From positions 13,659-77,658 of the forward strand of contig JALNYU010000017.1 of NCBI GenBank assembly GCA_023229645.1: 64,000 bases of DNA. Direction: 5' to 3'. The notes under the pieces are model-generated. The model was given only the letters and a program-made list of their open reading frames with translations. It had not been told where the DNA came from and did not search any database. Positions within the stretch are counted from its first letter, which is position 1. The number at the start of each line of letters is the position of its first letter. The translations under genes and the position numbers were made by a program. This DNA is from Nevskia sp. GTDB taxonomy: Bacteria > Pseudomonadota > Gammaproteobacteria > Nevskiales > Nevskiaceae. Below are positions 38,011-49,807 of the stretch, in pieces.

Positions 38011-39030
38011 ATGACGCGTTTTTGGATGCTGCCGGATGGCGTCGAAGAAGCGCTACCGCCGGTCTCGTGGTGGCTGGAAGACGTGCGCCGTGCCCTGCTT
38101 GATCACTATCGGGAACGGTCTTACGAGCTGATCTTTCCGCCGTTGATCGAATACCTGGACACGCTGCTCACCGGCACCGGTTCCGACCTCGAAAGCCAGA
38201 CGTTCAAGCTTACCGATCCCGTCGGCGGCCGGCTGTTGGGCTTGCGCGCCGATATGACGCCGCAGGCTTCGCGCATCGCCGCGCGTCATTTCGCCGAAGT
38301 ACCGGTCGTGCGGCTGTGCTATCTCGGCACCGTATTGCGTGCCCGGCCGGATAGCCTCGGCGGTTCGCGGGCGCCGCGGCAAGTCGGCTGCGAGATTTTT
38401 GGCGAGGCCGATTTAAGCGCCGATCTGGAAATCCTCGGTTTGATGCTGGATACGATACGGCTGGCTGGCGTGCGCGATGCGCATATCGATCTCGGCCATG
38501 TCGGCATTTACCGTGCCTTGGCGGCCCAGCTCGGTTTGGCGGCGGACGACGAAACCGCGATTTTCGATATTTTGCAGCGCAAGTCGCAGCCGGATCTGCG
38601 CGACTTCGCGTCGGCAAAAGGCTTGGAGCCCGCCGTTACGCGCGATTTATCGACGTTGATGGAGCTGAACGGCGATGTCACGGTATTGCAGCGTGCACGG
38701 CAGATGCTGGATGTCTCCAAGCCCGCGATCGGTGAAGCGCTGATGGCGTTGGAACGGGCGGCAGACGAGCTGCAACGCACGGCACCGAACACGCCACTAC
38801 ACGTTGATCTCGGCGAGCTGCGCGGTTATCGCTATCAAACCGGCTTGGTCTTTGCCGCGTTCGCGCCCGGCCACGGCCGCGATATCGCCCGCGGTGGTCG
38901 GTTTGAAGGCGTGGCGGGCGGTACTGGCAAGACGCGCACCGCAACCGGCTTCTCGGCTGACCTAAACGAGCTGCTGCATCTGGGCGCGGCCCAGTCTGCG
39001 GCAACACCGCCGGCGGTCGCCGCGCAGTGA
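38011..39030 (+). CDS. hisZ: ATP phosphoribosyltransferase regulatory subunit
   Basis: LPDGVEE, LRADMTPQ, QVGCEIFG, YQTGLVF; position before purA. Confidence 0.92.
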   Translation: MTRFWMLPDGVEEALPPVSWWLEDVRRALLDHYRERSYELIFPPLIEYLDTLLTGTGSDLESQTFKLTDPVGGRLLGLRADMTPQASRIAARHFAEVPVVRLCYLGTVLRARPDSLGGSRAPRQVGCEIFGEADLSADLEILGLMLDTIRLAGVRDAHIDLGHVGIYRALAAQLGLAADDETAIFDILQRKSQPDLRDFASAKGLEPAVTRDLSTLMELNGDVTVLQRARQMLDVSKPAIGEALMALERAADELQRTAPNTPLHVDLGELRGYRYQTGLVFAAFAPGHGRDIARGGRFEGVAGGTGKTRTATGFSADLNELLHLGAAQSAATPPAVAAQ

Positions 39031-39039
39031 ATCAAATAA

Positions 39040-40401
<1,362 letters not shown>

Positions 40402-40637
40402 CTGCGGAAGCTGTAGGGTGATTTGTTGGCAAAGTCGCTCGGTTGACCAACCGAGCGTTATGATTCAACGTTGTAGCGGCTTATCAGCCGCTGCAACCCG
40501 AGTAAGGAGTAAACACACGAAATGCCCATGATGTTTAGGCAGAGGATCGCCCAGGGTGCATAGCTGCTTAGTTTTAGCCCGCGCCGGTTGGCGTTGCGGT
40601 ACCGATCAGTCGATCAAAACGCTTGCCATCGCTGCCA

Positions 40638-40670
40638 GAAAAACGAAAAGGCCGCGTGAGCGGCCTTTCG
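40638..40670 (-). terminator. Terminator downstream of tRNA-Leu
   Basis: GAAAAGGCCGC/GCGGCCTTTCG hairpin with a T-run on -. Confidence 0.65.
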
Positions 40671-40676
40671 AAAGAC

Positions 40677-40762
<86 letters not shown>

Positions 40763-40818
40763 AGGGAGGCGCAGATTAATGATGCCGCGTTGCGGTGTCA
40801 ACATTGAACAGAAAAATA

Positions 40819-43314
40819 ATGAAAAGAAAAAGCAAAAACGGTCATCGCGATGACGCGAACGACAAGAATTTAGATAAACCCTCGGCAGCGGCAAAGCCGC
40901 GGCGGACCTTGAGCTGGGGCCGCAAGCCGGTGCTGAAAGCGGAGACGCAGGCGCCGGACGATTGGCGCGCCGCGGACCCTGATTTCGCCAATGAAGCCAC
41001 GCGCTACGCCAACCCGTTGCCGAGCCGCAACCATATTTTGCGCACCTTGGCCGAATCAGCCGAGCCGATGACCTTGGACGAACTGATCGCCCATTTCAGC
41101 TTGAATAAACTCAACGAGCAGGAAGCGTTTACTAAGCGCCTGGTGGCGATGGGGCGGGAAGGGCAGGTGCATCCGGCGGACCGCCGTGGCGCCTACCGCG
41201 CGGTGTTGACCGATGACGGTGAGCCGGTTTCGGCGCCGAGCCGCGTTAGCACGTATGTCGATGGCAAAATCGCCGCGCATCGTGATGGCTACGGCTTCCT
41301 GATCCCCGACGCCGGCAACGGCCCGGATGTATTCCTCTCGCCGCGCCAGATGGCCAGCTTGATGAACGGTGACCGCGTGCGCGTGCGCATCACCGGCACC
41401 GATAGTCGCGGCCGGCGCGAAGGCGCCTTGGTCGAAGTTTTAGAGCGCGGCACGACGCAAATCGTCGGCCGTTTGCAGGCTGGCACCGGCAACGCGGTCG
41501 GCGTGTTTACCGTGGTGCCGAGCAACCCGCGGCAATCGGAAATTCTGATTCCAGCGACCGAGCTGGGCGGTGCGCGGCACGGCCAGATGGTGGTCGCGGC
41601 CTTGGTTTCGCCGCCGGGCGAACGCACGCTGCCGGTGGGGCGGATTGCGGAAATTCTCGGCGAGCATTTGGCGCCGGGCATGGAAATTCAGGCTGCGATT
41701 CGCGCCCATAATCTGCCGTTTGAATGGCCAGAAGGCGTTGAAGCCGAGGCTGAGGCCTACGGCCCGGTGGTCCGCCCTGAGCAATGGGCAGGCCGCAAAG
41801 ATTTACGCGAGCTGCCGCTGATGACGATCGACGGCGCCGACGCCCGCGATTTCGACGATGCCGTCTACGCCGAGGCGGTGAAAGGCTGGCGTGGCGGCGG
41901 TTGGAAGCTGTGGGTCGCAATCGCCGATGTCTCCGCTTACGTGTTGCCGGGCACGGCTTTGGACGGATCGGCGACCGAGCGCGGTACGTCGGTTTATTTC
42001 CCGAACAACGTGATTCCGATGTTGCCGGAAGCGTTATCAAACGGCCTGTGCTCGCTGAATCCGGACGTTGATCGTCTGTGCATGGTCTGCGAGATGCGGG
42101 TTTCTAAGGACGGCGAAGTCAGCAAGGCCAGCTTCTATGAAGCGGTGATGCGCTCAAAAGCGCGGCTGATCTACGAAGACGTCGCGGCGATGGTGGAAAC
42201 GCCGGACGGCGAAGCCGCGCAGGCCAAGCCGGAGCTGCTGCCGCGCTTGCAAACGCTGCGCGCCGTGTTCGAGGCGCTGTTCGCGGCGCGCGAAGTGCGC
42301 GGTGCAATCGACTTCGAAAGCACCGAAACCAAGATCGTTTTCGGTACCGAGCGCAAGATCGAGAAGATCGTGCCGGTGAAACGCAACGTCGCGCACCGGA
42401 TGATCGAAGAATGCATGATCGCCGCAAACGTTGAGTCGGCGAAGCTGGTCGAGAAACACGGCATGCCGGCGCTGTATCGCGTGCACGCCGAGCCGGATGG
42501 CGACAAAGTTGCGCTGCTGCGTGAATTTCTCGCCGGGCGCAGCCTGCGCCTCGGCGGCGGCGCAACGCCCGTCGCGGGCGATTACGCCAAGCTGCTGACC
42601 AGCCTCAAAGGCCGCGACGACGCCGGGTTGATCCAAACCGTGATTTTGCGCTCGCTAATGCAGGCCTGTTACCAGCCCGATAACACCGGCCATTTCGGTC
42701 TAGCGCTGACGCACTACGCGCATTTCACGTCGCCGATTCGCCGTTATCCCGATTTGCTGCTGCATCGCGCGATCAAGCACATTTTGAAGCGCGGTAAAGC
42801 GAAATCCTTTATCTACACGCTAGATCAGATGCAGGCACTCGGCGCCCATTGTTCGATGGCCGAACGCCGGGCTGACGACGCCACGCGTGACGTCAACACC
42901 TGGTTGAAGTGCGAGTTCATGCACCACCGCGTCGGCGAGGAGTTCGACGGCATCGTCATCAGCGTTGCGTCGTTCGGTTTATTCGTTGAACTCGAAGGCC
43001 TGTACATCGAAGGCATGCTGCACGTCTCGAATTTGAAAGGCGATTACTACGAGTTCGAGCCTAAGCATCAGCGCTTGATCGGCAGCCGTAGCCGGCAGGT
43101 CTATGCGCTCGGCGAGCGGCTGCGCGTCAAAGTGATTCGAGTCAGCCTCGACGAACGCAAGATCGATCTCGACCTCGCCGGCCGCACCGAGCCAGCGCTA
43201 ACGCCGCGGCGCGATGGCAAAAAAGCGCAGCTGGAAAAGCAGGCTGGGGACCGTCAGCCGAAAGCGGCGGCGGAGCCGGACGGCCCGGCGCGTAAGAAGC
43301 GTCGGCGGCGTTAA
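40819..43314 (+). CDS. rnr: Ribonuclease R
   Basis: TIDGADARDFDDA, HFTSPIRRYPDL, C-terminal S1 domain. Confidence 0.96.
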   Translation: MKRKSKNGHRDDANDKNLDKPSAAAKPRRTLSWGRKPVLKAETQAPDDWRAADPDFANEATRYANPLPSRNHILRTLAESAEPMTLDELIAHFSLNKLNEQEAFTKRLVAMGREGQVHPADRRGAYRAVLTDDGEPVSAPSRVSTYVDGKIAAHRDGYGFLIPDAGNGPDVFLSPRQMASLMNGDRVRVRITGTDSRGRREGALVEVLERGTTQIVGRLQAGTGNAVGVFTVVPSNPRQSEILIPATELGGARHGQMVVAALVSPPGERTLPVGRIAEILGEHLAPGMEIQAAIRAHNLPFEWPEGVEAEAEAYGPVVRPEQWAGRKDLRELPLMTIDGADARDFDDAVYAEAVKGWRGGGWKLWVAIADVSAYVLPGTALDGSATERGTSVYFPNNVIPMLPEALSNGLCSLNPDVDRLCMVCEMRVSKDGEVSKASFYEAVMRSKARLIYEDVAAMVETPDGEAAQAKPELLPRLQTLRAVFEALFAAREVRGAIDFESTETKIVFGTERKIEKIVPVKRNVAHRMIEECMIAANVESAKLVEKHGMPALYRVHAEPDGDKVALLREFLAGRSLRLGGGATPVAGDYAKLLTSLKGRDDAGLIQTVILRSLMQACYQPDNTGHFGLALTHYAHFTSPIRRYPDLLLHRAIKHILKRGKAKSFIYTLDQMQALGAHCSMAERRADDATRDVNTWLKCEFMHHRVGEEFDGIVISVASFGLFVELEGLYIEGMLHVSNLKGDYYEFEPKHQRLIGSRSRQVYALGERLRVKVIRVSLDERKIDLDLAGRTEPALTPRRDGKKAQLEKQAGDRQPKAAAEPDGPARKKRRRR

Positions 43315-43919
43315 TGCGGCGATTTCAGTTCGCGGCGGCGCCAGTCGTCTTGCTCGCGGCGTGCTCCGCGCCGATAAAAACGCCGCCGCCTGCGGTGGCA
43401 AAGCCGGCGCCGGTGGTGCAGCCGCTGGGCGCGGCTTTTTGGGTTGAAGACGCAATCCCAGCGGTGCAGGCGGCGGCCGTCGCTAAAGCGATGCAGGCAG
43501 AATTACTGCAGCGGCTACCGGCCGGCGCGGTTCCGAGTGTCCAACGCATCGCGACGACTGCAGACAGCGCTCCGAGCGTGACGATCAACGCGGCGGCCTT
43601 CGAGGTCGGCAGTGCGCAGATGCGGCCGGCAACCTTAGCGCCGGTCGCCCAGTGCGCGGCCGTGGCGCAGAGTTTCGGCGCCGTTGTCGTCCACGTCCTG
43701 GGCTTGGCGGATGCGATGGCCACCGGCAAGGCCAATGGTCTTGCCGAACGCCGCGCCGCGGCGGTTGCGGCCTATCTCGCAGAACTCGGTGTTGCCGAGA
43801 CGCGCATCCGTGTCAGTCAGGCACGTACCGTTGCCGCGGCAAACGGCAGCGTTGAATTGGTATTCGAGCCGATTATCGTCGGCCGCGAGGCCCGGGCCTG
43901 GAAGCCGCCCAGCCGTTAG
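43314..43919 (+). CDS. OmpA-like domain lipoprotein
   Basis: Lipobox LLAAC; FEVGSA, LAERRAAAVAAYL. Confidence 0.7.
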   Translation: MRRFQFAAAPVVLLAACSAPIKTPPPAVAKPAPVVQPLGAAFWVEDAIPAVQAAAVAKAMQAELLQRLPAGAVPSVQRIATTADSAPSVTINAAAFEVGSAQMRPATLAPVAQCAAVAQSFGAVVVHVLGLADAMATGKANGLAERRAAAVAAYLAELGVAETRIRVSQARTVAAANGSVELVFEPIIVGREARAWKPPSR

Positions 43920-43984
43920 CGGCAGATTGCTGCAGGCGGTAATCCCGACGTGATTGATGCCGCCGCAGGCTCTAAGCTGTCGCC

Positions 43985-46777
43985 ATGAACTCTGCGCCAC
44001 AGCGTAAAACTGCGTTCCCGATCGGCTGGGTGCTGGCATTCGCCGTGCTCGCGGTATACCTGCTCAGCAGCCTGAAAGCCGCGTGGATCGGTGCGGTGAT
44101 CGGTTATCTGATCGGGCGTTTGCGGGAACTCGAACAGCAGGTTGCCGAATTGCAGGCGCAAAGCGCGGCTGCTGCGCAGCCGACGCCGTCCGTAGTCCGT
44201 TTGCCCCCGTCCCCAACCCCGACCACAACTCCGCCGACAACGGCGACTAAGACCGCGCCGATGACCGCAGCGCCGACCGTCGCGGCGTCCGTGGTTGTTT
44301 CGGCGCCAGCGGTCGCTGATCGCCCATACGCCGAGCCAATTGCGGCGACGCGCGCGCTGGGCGCCGGCAAGGCGTCTGAGACGGCTGCGCCATCGCCGTG
44401 GGCAAATACCGCTCGGTGGCAATCGTCCGAGGCTTCGGAGTCGGCCCGGTGGGGACAGTTTGAAGCGTGGCTGAAACGCGGCAATCCGCTGGCGCGGCTG
44501 GGCGTGATCATCACCTTTTTCGGTGCGGTGTTTTTGATCAAATACGCGGCGCAGGAAGGCTATTTGCCGATTGCTTGGCGTCTGGGCGCGCTTGCTATCG
44601 GCGCGCTGGCGATGGTCGGCACCGGTTTGCGTTTGCGGTACAAGGCCAGCGTTTACGCGCTGACGCTGCAGGGCGGCGGTTTGGCCGTGCTCTATCTCGT
44701 CGTCCTCGCAGCGCATCGCCTATATCAGTTGTTGCCGAATGGCTGGGCGTTGCCGCTGCTGATTGCGGTCGCCGCGGCTTCAGCTTTGCTCTCAGTGCGG
44801 CAGAACGCGCTGGCGTTGGCCGTGATCGGGTTTTCCGGCGGCTTTGCAGCGCCGCTGTTGATCGGCGGCGGCGGCAGCCACATCGCGTTATTTACCTACT
44901 ACACCGTGCTAAACCTCGGCGTATTCGCAATCGCCGCGTATCGCCGTTGGACGGTACTGAACCTGCTCGGTTTCGTGTTCACGTTCATCATCACCGCGCT
45001 GTGGCGTTACATCGTTTACACGCCGGAATTGTTCGCGAGCACCGAATTTTTTCTGCTGCTGTTCTTCGTGCTGTATGTCGCGGTCACGGTGTTGAGCGCG
45101 GACGATGCCAGCGATGATCGAGACTATGTGGTCTCTGGAACGCTGACCTTCGGTCTGCCGGCGGTTGTGTTATCGCTGCAGGCGACGATCATCCGCGACT
45201 ACGAATACGGCCTGGCCTGGAGCGCGTTTGGCTTCGGTCTGTTCTATCTGCTGCTGGCAGCGCTACTGCGTGGCATCAACCGCGCGCGTTGGGCGCTGTT
45301 GGTGCAGGCGTTTATCGCAATCGGTGTGGTCGCGCTTAGCATCGCCGTGCCCTTGCGTTACGACCCGCACGCAACGGCCGCCGTTTGGGCCTTGGAAGGC
45401 GCCGGTGCAGTCTGGTTGGGGATGCGGCAGGATTCTCGCCGCGCGCGGTTTTTCGGCGTGCTGATTCAGTTCCTGGCCGGCATTTCGCTGATGCAGGGCG
45501 TGCGCGACCACGCCGATGGCGCAGCATGGCTCGCCAACCCAGTGCCGGGCGCCGTGTTGCTGGCAATCGCCGGCGCGATTAGCGGTCTCTGGTTTCATCG
45601 TGGCCGTGAACGCTTGGAAGACTATGAAAGCACCGCCGCGCCTGCTGCGCTGCTCTGGGCAACCGGTTGGGCGGTCTATGCTGGTTTGGCGCAGATCCAT
45701 CATCTACAGCTCGCAGCGCCGATTGGTGCTGAGCTGATTTACGGCAGTGCCCTAGCCGCCGCACTCTACCTATTCGGCCAACGCGCGGCATGGGCTTGGC
45801 CGCGGCAACTGGCATTGGCGGTGTTGCTGCTGTTTGCGTGGTTTGCTGCGCCGTCTGCGATCAGGCTACATCCGTTCGCAGCCGGCGGCGTTTATGGCTG
45901 GCCGGTGTTGTTTGCCGTCGGTTATGGCTTGCTTTGGCAACGGGACCGCGACAGCGCAGTGCGGGTTGATGCAGCAACACCGCCGCTGCATCTGGGCGCC
46001 TTTTTCGCGCTTTGCGGGCTTCTGACCGGCGAAGCGCATTGGCAGCTGCGTGCCGGCTGGGCTGGCGATTGGCCGCTGCTGGCACCGTTGGTGCTGCCGA
46101 TGCTATGGCTATTCGCGGCGGCGCGCGGGCTGCCACGTTGGCCGGTCGGCGCGTATCCAGACATTTATCGACGCTGGGGCGGGGCGTTGCTCGCGGTTTG
46201 GCTGCTATTGCTGATCGTGATTCTGAGTTTGGTCGATGCCGGCAACGCCGCACCGCTGGCGACGCTGGCGCTACTGAATCCGCTGGATCTTGCGATTCTC
46301 GCTGCGTTCGGCGTGATTACGCTTTGGTGGCGCGGGCTAGACGACGACAGCCAGCAATCGCTGTCGCCTGAACGACGTTGGGCGCTGCCGCTGGCGCTGG
46401 CCGGCATCGTCTTCTTATGGCTGAACAGCGCGCTGCTGCGTGGCCTGCACTATGGCATCGGCACACCGTTATCGTTGGATGGCATTCGCCATTCGGCACT
46501 GCTTCAGGCGGCGTTCTCGATTTTCTGGGGCGTACTTGGTTTCGCGACGATGGTGCTCGCCGCGCGTCGTGCCTGGCGGCCGGCCTGGCTGGCGGGCGCT
46601 GCGCTGATGGTGGTCGTGGCGTTAAAGCTGTTTCTGGTCGACACCGCCGGGACCGGTACTTTGTCGCGCATCGCAGCGTTTTTGACCGTCGGCGTGCTGA
46701 TGCTGATAACGGGTTATCTCGCGCCATTGCCGCCGCCGCGTAATGGCGACGACGATGAACCCCCGATCAGCGCGTAA
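43985..46777 (+). CDS. DUF2339 family polytopic membrane protein
   Basis: GNPLARLGV..FLIKYA, GGFAAPLL, KLFLVD..GTLSRI. Confidence 0.88.
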   Translation: MNSAPQRKTAFPIGWVLAFAVLAVYLLSSLKAAWIGAVIGYLIGRLRELEQQVAELQAQSAAAAQPTPSVVRLPPSPTPTTTPPTTATKTAPMTAAPTVAASVVVSAPAVADRPYAEPIAATRALGAGKASETAAPSPWANTARWQSSEASESARWGQFEAWLKRGNPLARLGVIITFFGAVFLIKYAAQEGYLPIAWRLGALAIGALAMVGTGLRLRYKASVYALTLQGGGLAVLYLVVLAAHRLYQLLPNGWALPLLIAVAAASALLSVRQNALALAVIGFSGGFAAPLLIGGGGSHIALFTYYTVLNLGVFAIAAYRRWTVLNLLGFVFTFIITALWRYIVYTPELFASTEFFLLLFFVLYVAVTVLSADDASDDRDYVVSGTLTFGLPAVVLSLQATIIRDYEYGLAWSAFGFGLFYLLLAALLRGINRARWALLVQAFIAIGVVALSIAVPLRYDPHATAAVWALEGAGAVWLGMRQDSRRARFFGVLIQFLAGISLMQGVRDHADGAAWLANPVPGAVLLAIAGAISGLWFHRGRERLEDYESTAAPAALLWATGWAVYAGLAQIHHLQLAAPIGAELIYGSALAAALYLFGQRAAWAWPRQLALAVLLLFAWFAAPSAIRLHPFAAGGVYGWPVLFAVGYGLLWQRDRDSAVRVDAATPPLHLGAFFALCGLLTGEAHWQLRAGWAGDWPLLAPLVLPMLWLFAAARGLPRWPVGAYPDIYRRWGGALLAVWLLLLIVILSLVDAGNAAPLATLALLNPLDLAILAAFGVITLWWRGLDDDSQQSLSPERRWALPLALAGIVFLWLNSALLRGLHYGIGTPLSLDGIRHSALLQAAFSIFWGVLGFATMVLAARRAWRPAWLAGAALMVVVALKLFLVDTAGTGTLSRIAAFLTVGVLMLITGYLAPLPPPRNGDDDEPPISA

Positions 46778-46799
46778 TCACGATCTGTGGAGCGGCTTT

Positions 46800-47195
46800 A
46801 TGTTTATCCCAGAAGGTTTCAACACCATCACGCCGTACTTTTTCGTGCGCGATGCCGCGCGTTTCGTCGATTTTCTGAGCGCGGCGTTCGGTGGCGTTGA
46901 AATACATCGCAGCCTGCGGCCAGACGGCGCCATTGCCAACGCCCAGATTCGCATCGGTGGTTCCACGGTCATGGTCAGCGAGGCCAGCGCGCGCTATCCA
47001 GCGATGCCGGGCTCGTATTATTTGTACGTTGCCAACGCGGACGCCGCGATGGCGCAGGCTTTGGCGGCTGGTGCCCGCTTGGAGATGGCGGTTGCCGATA
47101 TGCCGTATGACGACCGCCAGGGCGGGGTGGTGGACCCGTTCGGCAACATCTGGTGGCTGTCGCAGCGGCTGGTCGATGCGCCCTATTCGGCGTAA
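46800..47195 (+). CDS. VOC/glyoxalase (PhnB-like) protein
   Basis: TITPYF, DMPYDDRQGGVVDPFGNIWW. Confidence 0.88.
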   Translation: MFIPEGFNTITPYFFVRDAARFVDFLSAAFGGVEIHRSLRPDGAIANAQIRIGGSTVMVSEASARYPAMPGSYYLYVANADAAMAQALAAGARLEMAVADMPYDDRQGGVVDPFGNIWWLSQRLVDAPYSA

Positions 47196-47283
47196 TTCGC
47201 CCGTTAAATCCGCCACGGTGCGAGGCAGCGGCATAAACTAACGGCCCTGCATCGCTTTCAAAACCCCGGACGAACTCCCCAGA

Positions 47284-48030
47284 ATGGCTGAAACTTATAT
47301 CGGCGGCTTCCACGCCGTCATCGCGGCAATCGAAGACGGCACGCCGAAGCCGCGCGAAATTTTGCTCGCCGAAACCCGCAAAGACTCGCGTGCCGAGCGT
47401 CTGTTGGAACTCGCTGCAAAGCGCAAAATCACCGTCCGCAAGGTTTCTCGCGACACGCTGGACCTGCGCGCACCGGGGCTGCGGCATCAGGGCGTGCTGG
47501 CTGAAATCGAGGCGGCCGATCTCGGCGGCGAAGAAATACTCGATCTCCAGGCGACGCCGGACCGCATGCTGCTGGTGCTGGACGGCGTGCAAGATCCGCA
47601 TAACCTCGGCGCCTGCTTGCGCACTTCGGAAGCCGTGGGCGTGAACGCGGTCATCATTCCGCGCGATCGTGCCGTCGGCGTTACGCCCGCTGTGCGGTCG
47701 GCGGCGGCCGGTTCGGCTGAGCGTGTGCCGGTGGTCGCGGTGACAAATCTAGTGCGCAAGCTGGAGCAGTTGAAGCAGCTCGGCTATTGGACGGTTGGGC
47801 TAGACGCCGAAGGCGGCGAGTCGCTGTACGACGTCGATTTAACCGGGCCGCTGGTGTTGGTCATGGGTGGCGAGGCCGAAGGCCTGCGCCGACTGACGCG
47901 CGAAACCTGCGATCGCATCGTCAAAATTCCGATGGCCAGCGAGCGCATCGAAAGCCTGAACGTCTCCGTAGCCGCCGCCGTTTGTTTGTATGAGGCGTTC
48001 CGGCAGCGCAACGGTAAGCGGAAAAAATAA
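47284..48030 (+). CDS. rlmB: 23S rRNA Gm2251 methyltransferase
   Basis: LDGVQDPHNLGACLR, GGEAEGLRRL, ESLNVSVA. Confidence 0.95.
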   Translation: MAETYIGGFHAVIAAIEDGTPKPREILLAETRKDSRAERLLELAAKRKITVRKVSRDTLDLRAPGLRHQGVLAEIEAADLGGEEILDLQATPDRMLLVLDGVQDPHNLGACLRTSEAVGVNAVIIPRDRAVGVTPAVRSAAAGSAERVPVVAVTNLVRKLEQLKQLGYWTVGLDAEGGESLYDVDLTGPLVLVMGGEAEGLRRLTRETCDRIVKIPMASERIESLNVSVAAAVCLYEAFRQRNGKRKK

Positions 48031-48977
48031 TGCGGCGCGCGGTTTTCCTGCTCGCGACGCTGCTGCTGACGCTGGCGGCGATTTATCTGCTGATTCAGCA
48101 GACGCCGCAGGAACCGGTGAGCACCCCGGTGCCGGCAGACGAGCCGCCGCCAATTGTTGCCCCACCAGTACCGGCGCCACCGCCGCCAGTGCCGGTCGCA
48201 CCGCGACAAACAGTACAAAAAGCGGTGGTTTCGGGGATTCCGCTGCGCATCGTTCGTCGCGCCGCAATCACGGTGCCGACCGGTGCGTTGGTCGCCACCT
48301 ATGCCCGGCTGGAGCAGGAAGCGCGTTCCGGCAATTCGGTTTCGCAGTACCAGCTCGGCTTGGTGCTGTACGAATGCCGCGATGTGCCGGCCGACAAAGC
48401 GGCGCTCGATGCCGAAGTGGAGTCGATCTATCAAACTCGCCGGCATCGCGGCTGGGATGTGCAATCGCCGGCCGATGAAGTGCGCGCGTTGCGCCATCGT
48501 TACGGTAATTGCGAAGGCATACCGGCCGCTGCACGCGGCCAGTTTCGCGATGAACTAAAGGCGGCAGCCGACGCTGGTGTAATCGAGGCGTTGATCAATC
48601 TGCCGTTAAAGTTGCCGGAAGCCGAGTATTGCCAGTATTTATCCGAATGCACGCCGGAACAGCGGGATGCCCAGGCGGCGCTGCAGAAAGAGGCGATCGA
48701 TTACGTCGACCGAGCGCGTGACGCCGGTTCGGTCGCCGCGTTGTGGACCATCGGCGGCTGGTACGTGCAGGGCGAGGTCTTGCCGCAAAACGATATCGAG
48801 GCCTACGCCCATTTCCGAGCTTTGGATCAAATCAACGCTGCTGCCGGCTTGCCGCAACGCTTCGGGCAGATGCTCGGCGGTTTGAAGCGACGCTTGCGGC
48901 CGATTGACTTGGAACAGGCCGAGACTCGGGCCAAAGCCTTGTTATCGAATCCAAACTGCTGCGTTATCACGCCGTAG
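48030..48977 (+). CDS. Membrane-anchored hypothetical protein with Sel1-like helical repeats
   Basis: N-terminal TM, Pro-rich linker, SQYQLGLVL..C repeat-like segment. Confidence 0.6.
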   Translation: MRRAVFLLATLLLTLAAIYLLIQQTPQEPVSTPVPADEPPPIVAPPVPAPPPPVPVAPRQTVQKAVVSGIPLRIVRRAAITVPTGALVATYARLEQEARSGNSVSQYQLGLVLYECRDVPADKAALDAEVESIYQTRRHRGWDVQSPADEVRALRHRYGNCEGIPAAARGQFRDELKAAADAGVIEALINLPLKLPEAEYCQYLSECTPEQRDAQAALQKEAIDYVDRARDAGSVAALWTIGGWYVQGEVLPQNDIEAYAHFRALDQINAAAGLPQRFGQMLGGLKRRLRPIDLEQAETRAKALLSNPNCCVITP

Positions 48978-49069
48978 CGTCATAACCGGCTAACGGCCGG
49001 CGATTGCAGGATCCGCGCCACTCCCTTACACTGCGCGCCCTTTCCGGCCAATCTCGGCGGAAAACTCTT

Positions 49070-49096
49070 GTCCCACCGCATGACGCCGCGGGGGAC
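49070..49096 (+). promoter_or_regulatory. Hairpin in the rpsF leader (candidate S6:S18 autoregulatory element)
   Basis: GTCCC-ACCGC...GCGG-GGGAC stem ending 50 nt upstream of rpsF. Confidence 0.35.
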
Positions 49097-49145
49097 TGTC
49101 CAGGCAGCTGGCATCGAGCCGGCGCCACATCCACAAGGAGACAAC

Positions 49146-49565
49146 ATGCGTCATTATGAAATCGTGGTCATGGTTCACCCTGACCAGAGCGATCAGGTTC
49201 CGGCCATGATCGAGCGTTACAAGAATATGGTCGAATCCGACGGCGGCAAAGTCCACCGTATGGAAGACTGGGGCCGTCGTCAGCTGGCCTACGCCGTTGC
49301 CAAACTGCACAAAGCACACTACGTGCTGATGAACGTGGAATGCAGCGACGCCGTGCTGAAAGAACTCGAATCCGCGTTCCGCTTCAACGACGCTGTGATC
49401 CGCAAGCTGGTTATGCGTACCGACAAGGCAGAAACTGAGCAGTCGCCGCTGTTCAAGGCGCCGGAAGAAGACAAGAAGCCGGAATACAAGCGTAATGCCG
49501 AGAGCGAAGCCGAAGCCGGCGCCGCTGAGTCCGAAGCCGCTGAAACTGAATCCGGAGAGGCCTAA
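49146..49565 (+). CDS. rpsF: 30S ribosomal protein S6
   Basis: [17 protein letters not shown]. Confidence 0.98.
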   Translation: MRHYEIVVMVHPDQSDQVPAMIERYKNMVESDGGKVHRMEDWGRRQLAYAVAKLHKAHYVLMNVECSDAVLKELESAFRFNDAVIRKLVMRTDKAETEQSPLFKAPEEDKKPEYKRNAESEAEAGAAESEAAETESGEA

Positions 49566-49568
49566 GCC

Positions 49569-49796
49569 ATGTCGCGTTTTTTCCGTAAGAAGAAGTCCTG
49601 CAAATTCACCGCTGAAGGCACCGTCAAGATCGATTACAAAGATCTGGCAACGCTGAAGCAATACGTTTCCGAAAACGGCAAGATCGTGCCGAGCCGCATC
49701 ACCGGTACCAAGGCGCGTTACCAGCGCCAGCTCGGTTCGGCGATTAAGAACGCGCGCTATTTGGCGCTGCTGCCGTACACCGACTCGCACGAGTAA
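49569..49796 (+). CDS. rpsR: 30S ribosomal protein S18
   Basis: [25 protein letters not shown]. Confidence 0.98.
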   Translation: MSRFFRKKKSCKFTAEGTVKIDYKDLATLKQYVSENGKIVPSRITGTKARYQRQLGSAIKNARYLALLPYTDSHE

Positions 49797-49807
49797 GGAG
49801 ATAAACG

